Assembly: GCA_047967505.1 (NCBI GenBank)
Contig: CM106538.1
Source: Dipteris shenzhenensis
Taxonomy: Eukaryota
Direction: 5' to 3' (one strand)
Length of the DNA: 64,000 nt
Shown here: positions 54,661-64,000 of the stretch, piece after piece
Layout of the letters: each line of letters starts with the position of its first letter
Position numbering within the stretch: the stretch's first letter is position 1
Program-made: the position numbers and the translations under genes
The notes under the pieces: model-generated
What the model saw: only the letters and a program-made list of their open reading frames with translations
Told to the model about the DNA's origin: nothing
The model's database searches: none

Positions 54661-56743
54661 GGGAAGCCCCCCCACGGCAACCAAAAAAAAAAAAAAAAAG
54701 AAACCTAACCTACATCTAACCTCAGGTTAGTGACTAACTGCGGTTAGGTTAGTTGGTTAATCGAGGTTAGGTTAGGCTAGGTTAGTTGGTTAACCTAGGT
54801 TAGGTTAAGTTATTCGGTTAACCCTAGGCTAGTTAGTCTAACTCAGTTAGATTAGGTTAAGCTAGGTTAGTTGGCAGCAACCTAGACTAGATTAGTTTTG
54901 CCTTTGGTTCGGTTAGTTTAACCTAACCTCAGTTAACTTAACTGTAGTTAGTTACACTAACTAAGTTAGACTATGGTCAGTCTAACCCTCACTAGGCTAG
55001 GTTAGACTAACTGATTAGCTTCTAACTAGACAAATAGGTTAGTTAGTCTAACTAGATCAACTTGGTTTCAACCCCTCGGTTGGACTTAAAGTCCATTCAC
55101 ACCACCATTAGGACCCCCCAAACGCAAAATTTACCCCTACTTTAACCCCTCGAAACTCATCCGTTTGGGACCCAAACTGAACCCTGTTTGAACCCAGATT
55201 TCACACACAAAAACACCACGCTATGGGGTATTTTTCCAGCCCATTGCACACCATTTTGGCATCCCTAGGACACGTTCATTCGTGCCCCCGTGTGGGCCTC
55301 ATTTTGCATTAATTCACTCGTATTTTCACGCCGTGACTTCCGATTAACGATCCGTCTGCACCGGCACATTTCCCTACACACGTAGGACAATCTTAGGCAC
55401 ATTATTAACACGACGGTCCCTACACAAACTAACACCACTCTAACTCTCCTAACACCACCACCTCCACACCCTTGGCAAATCACGCACAATCTGCATGCAG
55501 TTACGTTCCGGCCAACGACTTCGACTCCAACGCTCGCCCCATCCACATCTAACTCCACTGCAACAACTGACTGCGCCAATCCTCTACCCCGAATCCCCCC
55601 CTGAGATTCAACAACTCCCTTTAACTATTCCACGTCATGACCATGATGGGGATATCGAGCTCGATGCAGAGGCTGACAACTTCTTCAATCGATGAAATCA
55701 CAACAATCAAGGCCAACGGCCCTTGGGAAAACTGGAACTTCCCAAATATAATGGTAGGGGAGACCAGCTCGCTTCCTCCAGCATTTTGATGCCGCATGTC
55801 GAGCAGGTGGTGATCAATCCCATGAAACCAAGGTGGCTTGGTTTCATCGCAGCACAGGAACGCATGGGTGATCATGAGTCCTTGAAAGAAAGGCTCTATC
55901 AGTTGGAAAAGCATACAGAGACAAGACTAGTTGCCTATCATGCCATGACAATAGAAAAACGCCGGAGAAAGGCATGGTTTGATAGGATTCTGAAAGCTAA
56001 AGACATCAAGGAAGGTGACTTAGTCCTGTTATACAATGCCAAAGTACACAAGGGAAAACTGAAGTATCTAGGTCAAGGACCCTACCGAGTACGAAAGATG
56101 AATCCCATCGGAGTTGTGCTACTTGAAACACTAGATGGAGTCCAATTCAACACAACAATAAATGGGAGCCAACTGAAACGCTACTACATCAACACGCAAG
56201 CCATCCCCGACAAAAATGAAGATTTGGAAAACCAAGTCTTCCTTAGTTAGGATTAGATTGTATCACGAGCACTCACTTGCATATGTACATCTTCGCACAT
56301 ATAGGTAGCATCAATCGATTTTACCTAGAGCTCAGAAGTGATGAATGAGTTCTAGCTACCCTATGAAAATCCCAGCAAAAAAAGCATATAGTTAGTCCCT
56401 ACTTAGCTACTAGGTCACGTGCACTCACACGCTTTCGCTTAGACACATAGATGATTGCATGAATAATTGTATCACACACTTTCATTCCACACTCTCAAAG
56501 GATGTATTTTTATTTTTTATTTTTAAAAAAGATCTCTCTTCCACACACACACACAGAAAGGTCATACAGGCATGCCAATCAATTTAATGATCAATGGTAC
56601 ACTCCATGTACATGGATACAGGTTCAGAAAAGATGTCGCCACTAAAGAGGATGCGCAGAACAAGCCCACCGCCTCAACCACGAGACCCCCTCCAAATTTC
56701 ACAGCCATCTACATCCTCTCAATCACGGAGACCACAGGCATTC

Positions 56744-58232
56744 ATGGTCCAAAGTGATAGCTCCGAAGAAGATTCAGTGCATGACCAAGCAAAACAAATG
56801 CCACCCCAGTCACAACCGTTAACAAGGCCCAATCATTGGAACTTGTCTGGCCACCCACATCGACTTATGCTCTTTCCCAGGAAGCAACATCTTACTTAGA
56901 GCAACGGGGTCTAGGCAATTTGCATGAGAGCCTCAAATCCTTGGAGGACAGTCCTATCCTGACCACCTACATCAAGGACTTTCTCCATTCTTACTACTCC
57001 AGCAATGCAAAGGATGGCAAGTACGGTACAATCACTGTACATCGGAGCCCACTAAACATTATCCTCGATAGTACAGTCATTCAAAGGGCTTTCTCACTGC
57101 CAAAACAAGGTGGCAAATACCCTAAACGGTCTGCTGATGCAAAGTTTATCGAAGTACAGTCTCTCCTCACCAAGGGTACCCTGATCCATAGAGATGGCAT
57201 ATTGCTTCGCACAATCCTTGACCATCGCCTCAAGGAAGCAACACAATTTCTATCCACAATCTTGGGAATAAAGTACGGCAAGGAATGCTTCCTTCCACTC
57301 CGCACATTTGTTTTGCTGAGTAGGAAGCTAAAACAAGACTGGGTCCAGCACTTCGTCATTTTCTTTACCAAAAAACTCGACGGTTCTTCAGGCCAGAAAT
57401 GTAAAATTCCGCACTTATTGGCTATAATCATCAAAAAAGAACTACAAGAAAGAGAAATGACTCTGCCCCACCAGTCACCAAAGCCAATTGAGGAGTTGGA
57501 CATACCCTTCTCACCAGTATGGGAGCCATCATCAACTTCTCCAGCTATCACATTGATAAGTACAGATGCCTTAACAGAAGTACCTATTCTGGAAAGTAGG
57601 ATTGCAGAATTGCCCCAGGAAATGCTACAGCTCGGTGCACAACTACAACCACTAAGTCTCCACCAACAACAGCACCAACCCGAGCTCAAGAGAAGGTTGG
57701 CACCTGAACCTGAGGAAAGATCAGCACCAAAGCTTGAGACCACATCAGCACTCAAACCGCCCATTGACACCATGCTAGTCGATGAGCCACAAGGGGAGCT
57801 AGTGCCAGATCAGCAATATGACTATTGTACACAAGGGACTGAGATGCCATTGGAACAACCTCCCCTAAGTACTACAGAATCATCAGGATGGCTACATGGG
57901 CACCACTTGTATCAGCAATATCACCAAACCTCATCACCGTCTATTATTCTCCAACATCAAGCTAGCCAAATGATCCAAATATCAGAATTATTCACTAACT
58001 TGGCCAAGGAAGCATATGCAAGAGAATTGGAAAGGCAGACTGCATCAGAACTCGAAGACCAATTCCAGGAAATCGCCATAGAGGTTAAGGCACTTTGGGA
58101 ATAGATAGATGAGAAGGAGGTAGAAGAAGTGTGCATGAACCATGCTCTCCAAGCTCAAGAGAAGGTAGTAAGGGATGTGACCTCCGACCTCCACCAAAGT
58201 CACACACAGCTGACTGCGGCAGTAGAAGCAAC
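56744..58232 (+). pseudogene. Extra sense ORF downstream of pol (Athila env-like / putative plant transposon protein), with one frameshift and one stop
   Basis: 422-aa open stretch at 56836-58104; helical coiled-coil-like text continues past the TAG at 58102 to ~58232; paralog at 4032-4745. Confidence 0.7.
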
Positions 58233-58730
58233 GGCAATCCATTAGGAAAAAAGGGAGCTCATTTTGGGGCCTTTTACGGTTTGGAAAAATAAGCTCTCAA
58301 CCAATCAATAGAAGGCCAACGTAACGTTGAAAATTCACGAAAATAAGAGAAAATAGAAAAAAGAAACAATACTTTATGTAAGTACAAGCGTGCTACATTA
58401 ATGAGGAGATTGGTTTTTTATTCGTAGAAGATCTTTGGACAAGAAGATAGAATCTAAACTGACATTTTATCTGACAAGATCCTTCCCGCTTCCACCTTCC
58501 TTTGAATTTTCAAATATTGTGCCGCCTTTCGTGCGAAAGGTCTACCATTCTACACCATTGCCTCATTGTGCAACTGCCTTCCTTTTCCAAAACTGCTCCC
58601 TTGATCCTGTTTGGCGTAGAGTAAGATGTTTCTCGTCAACTGTCTGTTTGCCCACTTTCTCTTTCTTGAAACTTCAAATTGTTATCTTAGTTACATTACT
58701 TTGCTATTCTTACAGATTCAGAAAATCTCC

Positions 58731-60170
58731 ATGGTGAACCAAAACCACGGCCGTTCTTGTGCAAGACGCTCTGTGGATGATAATGCTACGAAGGCAGAAT
58801 TATACCAAACATCCTTACCCCGTCGACCTGCTTCTTCTATTTCGTCGGTAGAGAATTCAAGTACAGTCAAAACAGAAGGAACTTGGGAAAGGTTTAGTGT
58901 TTCGAAAGGAGCATGGGTGCTCATGCAACCTAGCAAAAGAAAAAGACCCCAGACAAAAAACATTTTCTTGGCATCGTGGAAGGGAAGAGTACGAGATTTT
59001 AAAATCACCAAAGGGAAGATATCCGTGAAAGAAGTTTTGATTCAGCACGTGTACATGCATAAAGAACTTGTCTTGCGAGACTATCCAAAAAATCTTCCGC
59101 AACACAGGCCTAATTGTATATTTTTCTATTGTGGTTTTTTCCTTCATGAGGTGTATGGATTTTTAAGATGAAGCTTTCTCTCTTAACTTATTGACATTCT
59201 TGTGTTGTTTTATTTCAGATTTATATCCTTCATCGTATGAGACATGGCAAAACATCGATTGTATTCTGGGATTTATAGATGTTCTGCATGGATCGATAGG
59301 AGAACAACAATACCAAGGTCGATGTGCAACAGAGCTAGCTCAATCGGGTATATTTTTTACTGATCATTTTTATCAGTTGCTGGACAAAGCTAACACACAT
59401 GGTGTATTAATAAAACAAGACCTTCCGGCATGGAATTCGGTGGATTGGCCTCACCCACATTCTAGTGTTACAGAGGCATATAGGGCGAAGCTTTTTACAG
59501 AAGTACAGAAAGCTCTGAGGCCCAATATTGCCACTAGGATAGTAAAAATTTCTTTGTGCATGCCTCTCACAGTTTTTGTAGACTTGTTTAATACCTTTCC
59601 AGTAAAGGTTTCAAAAACAATGCTCACAGTTAAAGCAACAAATTCGGCATGCATGCCACAATTTTTGGATAAAGGTTGGGATAAGAAGACATGTAGTTCA
59701 GTGTTTTGTGAGGTGGTCCAACCTTCTATGCAACTGAAGTACATGGTTGCATCACAAAATCTTATTTTCTCTTTTTATTACAAGCGCAGTCGAATGCTAG
59801 GTTCAAAGCTTGTCCCAATGGACCAAGATGAAGAGTCGTTTGGTGCACAAAATAAACTTATTGATATTGATGTTCTTGAGAATGGTGATGTGGTAGCCAG
59901 TATCTCCTTAAGAGAATGTTGCTCCCTAGCTCAATTACGCAGTGACATTCTGTTTGAGACTGAAGGTTCTATCTCAAACGACTTTTTATTTATCTACAAG
60001 AACAGAAAGGTACACCATCTGATTTATCCTAGTCTCTATAAGCATTGCTATTAGTTTAATTTACCACTCTAATTCATATTGCTTTTTTGCAGTTACTCAG
60101 AAGAAGAGAGAGCTCAGTTAAATGCAAAGACATAGAAAATTTTAAAATTGAGATCACACATACTCCATAA
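58731..60170 (+). CDS. 417-aa protein with an N-terminal BAH-like domain and a possible C-terminal ubiquitin-like domain; exons 58731-59115, 59219-60009, 60093-60170
   Basis: GT..AG introns (103 and 83 bp) join in frame to give 1254 nt with no stop; BAH-like pattern GAWVLMQP...WKGRVRDF...VLIQHVYMHKEL...PNYLYPSSYETWQNIDCILGFIDVL...FFTDHFY; probable 5'UTR intron 58621-58715. Confidence 0.8.
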
Positions 60171-60254
60171 AGAAAGGTTTTGTATTCAATCAAGTAAGAT
60201 TTTGTACAGAATTGTTTAGCTGAATCTGTAGAACATATTTCTAACATCCATTTT

Positions 60255-62355
60255 CTATTTATGTACAGTTTCATCCAGAGGCTGCTCTACATTTTCTGGA
60301 GGATCTTCTCTCTGCTGCTCCATCCTGTCCGTGCTCCATCCTGTCTCCTCCACTGCCCCAGAAGCCTCTCTTTGCTGCTTCTCCACCTTCTCCTCAACAT
60401 CAACAGCAGGTCTTTGCTCCTGTGTCTGCTCCTCCTCAGCACTCTGTGATTGCTCCTGTGGCTTCTGGTCCTCAACATCAGATGCTTCATATGTGGGATC
60501 AAGGTGTATGACACCTTCTTGTACTTTAGAGCTTTCACCCAACTCCACAGTAGCTGCTACAATAGGTTTGGGGGAGGCATAGCTCAAAAACCTCAAAATT
60601 GTATGAGCTCTAAAATTATGTACATAGTTGGGGCTGAAGCTATCCTCTTTCATCTGCAATGGCAGAGGATAATTTAGAACACTTTGTATCATTATGAATT
60701 ATATTCAAGCTAAATGAAAAGTATTTTTCCTTACCAGATCTGGCTGTTCCTTTTCAAAGTAGCTTGAAAGTATATATTTTGCATTGATCAGCACCCTCCA
60801 TCCACAACTACTTGAATCATTTTGTTGTGGTGTCTGTACAGTTAGAAAAAAATGTTAGAAACTGTGAGCATCAGCACAAAACAAAATTATTCAATAAGTT
60901 CAAAGACATAGCATTTAATAGACCTTTTACCTGTAGACTTAATGGCTCTATTGAATCCAACAGAGAGACATTTGGAGGACAATGATCCAATGCATCTAAT
61001 AGCCTTCTAATACAACTGCAATATGTATAATTTAGTTAGTATGGTATCAAAATAATGAAGTTTTGAGTTCAGAAAGCACACACAGTACTTACAATTTCAG
61101 CTCTCTGTGTGTGTTTTTTAGAGAGTTGAATAGAAAGCACTGCTTCTGCTGGATGTCAATAGACACAAAACTCCAGTGGTCACTGCATAAGGAAAAAAGC
61201 ATAAGCAAATGAAAGGCTACAAGAGTTCCCAATATTAAAGAAGAATCTTAAAAGAAGTAGTCACCCACATACCTGCTATGATATGGAAGTAGCAAAATGT
61301 CAATTACTTCAAAATTGCAGTGTTTGAACCAGCTGGAAATACTCATGGGAGTCTCTTTTGCATCTCTTAATCTAGAAGAAATGGCTGGATCAACAATATG
61401 GACTGTATGTTGTACAGAGGGATGAAGCCAGCTTCTCATCATGCTGCATAGGATCAGAACATAATTAGGGTAGGTTATAAAAGAGTTACAAGGAGGATTG
61501 ATTTGCAAAAAATGTAAAATCTAAAGACACTTACTAGAGCATTGCAAGAATGATAGTATCTGAGCAATACTCATTCTTGTTAGCCAATGCTGCTAAGCAT
61601 TGTTTTGTCAAATCAAAATCATTGACTGAAACTTCATCCTCAATATGTACAACTACATCAGGGCCCAGCTCCTTCAACCTTCTATGTATGTGTAGCTCCT
61701 TCTTTCCACTTTCCACATCTATCACAGATTTTGTTTCTTTTACTTGCTGCTTCAGTGAGTCCTCATAAGCAGCCTTCCCTCTGGTGTTCTTTGAGTGTGT
61801 TACCTCAACAACCTTTACCTCATCAACCTTGACCTTCCTTGTAGGTGGAATTAGCAATATATCTCTCATTTTGATGTCCTGCCATTCCACAGGATGAACC
61901 AGCTTGTCATATCTCCATCTCACTCTGGACAAAGTGTTGAAATCTTTGGCCATCAAAGTCACCCTGTGAGCATGGGCTGCTACAAGCATTGCATCCTCAA
62001 AATATTTCTCCAGGTAATCCTCTGCCATTTCCTGCAAGGAAAGAATGGCAGTTCTATTCCACCTGAACCCAAGGTTCCAACTATCACAAATTTCTCTCAC
62101 CAGTCTTTGAAAGGGTGCTTTGGGTATTGCAAAACCTATGGCTTTCTGTTGCCTCCTTATTTCCCTAAGCACACCTGCACCCTTATTCAATCTTTTGGCC
62201 TTTTGCTTGAGCAAGCTCATTGGCTTACCCTTCCTGCCATGTGAAGCTCTTCCCTTTGGAGGAACACTAAACTTCTTGGAACCTGTCCCAGCTGCTGTTG
62301 CTGCAAGACCTGGTCCTTTGCCAACTTGCCTTGCAGTTGATTTGGTTCTTGCCAT
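60255..62355 (-). CDS. 554-aa histone H3-like / Ulp1-SENP (C48) protease fusion; exons 62355-61535, 61443-61273, 61182-61093, 61015-60931, 60833-60735, 60653-60255
   Basis: Five GT..AG introns (91, 90, 77, 97, 81 bp) with matching phases give 1665 nt with no internal stop; MARTK tail and ungapped H3 fold (LREIRRQQK, PFQRLVREI, LQEMAEDYL, HAHRVTLMAKDF); protease motifs ILLLPYHSSDHWSFVSID..FLFNSL and PQQNDSSSCGWRVL; acidic/Q-rich tail. Confidence 0.92.
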
Positions 62356-62404
62356 CACTCTGAAAAACTGCATACAAAGGATTGGAAAGAGATCAAAGAC
62401 ATGA

Positions 62405-63350
62405 AGAACATGTTTTTACAAAGAAAAGGCAATCACAGGGGTGGTAGAAGCCAAATAGAGAAATTTGCAATAAAATGCGATATGAGCAGTTTGGAATTTC
62501 AAACAGGTCCACATCGCATTTTGCTGCAAATTTTTTAAATGAAATGTTGGTGCACTCCTACAGTGATTTCTATGTTTCTCCAACCAAATATAGTATGAAT
62601 GGAGGTCATTCAAGAAGATCACATGCAAATATCACACTTGAAGATCTGCATTCCTTCAGTGATTTCTCTGTCTTGGTTTGAGCCTATGCATTTCCATACA
62701 GGATGTAATTTTTCTATTTTAGGCAAGAAGATTGCAGAGGCTAAGGGGAGTCACAAAACCAGACATGTTCTCATTAAGAAAAGGCAATTACAGAGGTGGA
62801 AGAAGCCAAATAGACAAATTTGCAATAAAATGCGATATGAGCAGTTTGGAATTTCAAACAGGTCCACATCGCATTTTGCTGCAAATTTCTGAAATGACAT
62901 GCTGGTGAACTTCTACAGTGATTTCTTTGTCTCTCCAGCCAAATACAGTATGAATGGAGTTTATGCAAGAAGACTACAGCTATGGAAGTCAAAAAACCAG
63001 AACATGTTCTCACAAAGAGAAGGCAATCACAGGGGTGGAAGAAGCCAAATAGAGAAATTTGCAATAAAATGCGATATGAGCAGTTTGGAATTTCAAACAG
63101 GTCCACATCGCATTTTGCTGCAAATTTTCTAAATGACATGCTGGTGCACTCCTACAGTGATTTCTATGTTTCTCCAACCAAATACAGTATGAATGGAGGT
63201 TAGGCAAGAAGATCACATGCACATATCACACTTGAAGATCTGCTTTCCTACAGTGATTTCTTTGTCTTGGTTTGAGTCTATGCATTTCCATACAATATGT
63301 TTTTTTTCTATTTTAGGCAAAAAGATTGCAGAGACTAAGGGGAGAACCCA
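62405..63350. repeat. Three-copy tandem repeat (~355, ~240, ~350 bp) inside the probable 5'UTR intron (62360-63361) of the H3-protease gene
   Basis: Core AAATTTGCAATAAAATGCGATATGAGCAGTTTGGAATTTCAAACAGGTCCACATCGCATTTTGCTGCAAATTT is identical in all three; on the minus strand, acceptor TTTTTCAG lies 4 nt before the ATG and a donor CAG|GTCAGG lies at 63361. Confidence 0.88.
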
Positions 63351-63553
63351 TTGTTCCTGACCTGGAGTCTATCTGTGGATGTGCTGTGCTGCTGAGGAGT
63401 AATCTGTGCTGAGGATGATTCTGTGTTGCTGGACAAGATGCTGATGCTGCAGAGTATGGAGGTAGGGAGGCAAGAGGGTAGAGACTGGAGGGCAAGAGTT
63501 CTAAAACAGGATACCACAAAGAAGTGCAAAATGAATTAAAGAATCACTAAATC

Positions 63554-63635
63554 CCACACGTGTGGAATCTAGTCGTTTTTCACACGTGTGGATGGGACCT
63601 AGATCTCTTGGAGTTTGAAATCTGGCACGTGTGAA
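63554..63635. promoter_or_regulatory. Cluster of three G-box (CACGTG) palindromes, putative promoter of the H3-protease gene
   Basis: CCACACGTGTGG (~63554), CACACGTGTG (63581) and GCACGTGTG (~63625) lie just upstream of the inferred 5'UTR exon. Confidence 0.45.
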
Positions 63636-64000
63636 AGTACACTTTATTCCTTGGAACTTGTGCCATTCATTATTTCATCATGAATACCACAACCACTTTT
63701 CCCTCCCCTGGATTCCAATCTCTCATCCCTGCCACGACTCTCTCCTGATCCTTTCTCTCTGATTCTTTCCTGCCCAGCACACTCCATCCAGATTGCAGAG
63801 CCTGCCTGAAGACAGTACTGCCAGATCTCCAGGTTACCTAGAGTGCAAGGTTCAAGCTAGAGAAAGAGCAGGAGATTTACCAGTGCAACTCAATCAGCAT
63901 GGAAAAGGAAAAAAAAGGTCAGAGTTCTAGTTTGGTTTCAATGTTTTTCAACATTTATTTCTTCCATCCATTGGATTTTTTATGTCCCAATGTCTTCACT

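Larger units (their letters stand above)
51104..58232 (+). mobile_element. Internally deleted Athila-like Gypsy element: LTR, PBS, long low-complexity leader, gag start fused to integrase tail, extra 3' ORF; appears interrupted at ~58232
   Basis: Gag-start text (LELPKYNGRGD) runs at ~55855 straight into the integrase C-terminus (MGDHESLKERLYQLEK...GPYRV); no 3' LTR in the window. Confidence 0.8.

Noticed and set aside
53048-54719. Pro-rich, extensin-like and Gly-rich ORFs
   Set aside because: They arise from a C-rich low-complexity retroelement leader, start inside a MITE, and have no signal peptide.
57081-57773. 230-aa antisense ORF
   Set aside because: Shadow of the sense extra ORF; no independent motifs.
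61534-62373. Stand-alone canonical H3 or ordinary CENH3 gene
   Set aside because: The frame runs ~128 aa past the histone fold and its stop overlaps a splice donor leading in phase into protease exons; loop 1 is not extended as in typical CENH3.
62405-63350. CRISPR-like array or coding repeats
   Set aside because: Units are 240-355 bp with no unique spacers, the context is eukaryotic, and the short ORFs merely repeat with the unit.

Overview
Repeat-dense land-plant nuclear DNA (TTTAGGG telomere-type repeats, tRNA-Met-primed Copia and Athila-like Gypsy retroelements, long (GA)n tracts). A large-genome seed-free plant such as a fern is my guess, not a demonstrated fact. The first ~58 kb is mostly nested LTR retrotransposons. 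These include two structurally complete Copia elements with LTRs and TSDs, a gag-only LTR element, and decayed Gypsy/Copia pieces. There is also a ~250-bp MITE family with 8-bp TSDs (7 full or near-full copies plus one partial), a hAT-type non-autonomous element, a fold-back MITE, and one intronless BURP-domain host gene. The highlight is the last ~5.8 kb, which holds two intact, small-intron, tail-to-tail genes that the ORF track shows only in fragments. One is a 6-exon gene for a 554-aa fusion of a divergent histone H3 (K4 kept, K9 replaced by Q, CENH3-like residues) with a Ulp1/SENP-type (C48) protease. The other is a 3-exon gene for a 417-aa protein with a BAH-like domain and a possible C-terminal ubiquitin-like domain. 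The pair appears to interrupt a Gypsy ORF and looks like the cargo end of a DNA transposon carrying its own chromatin-manipulation module. No transposase is visible in the window. All domain calls come from motif recognition by eye, not from database searches.
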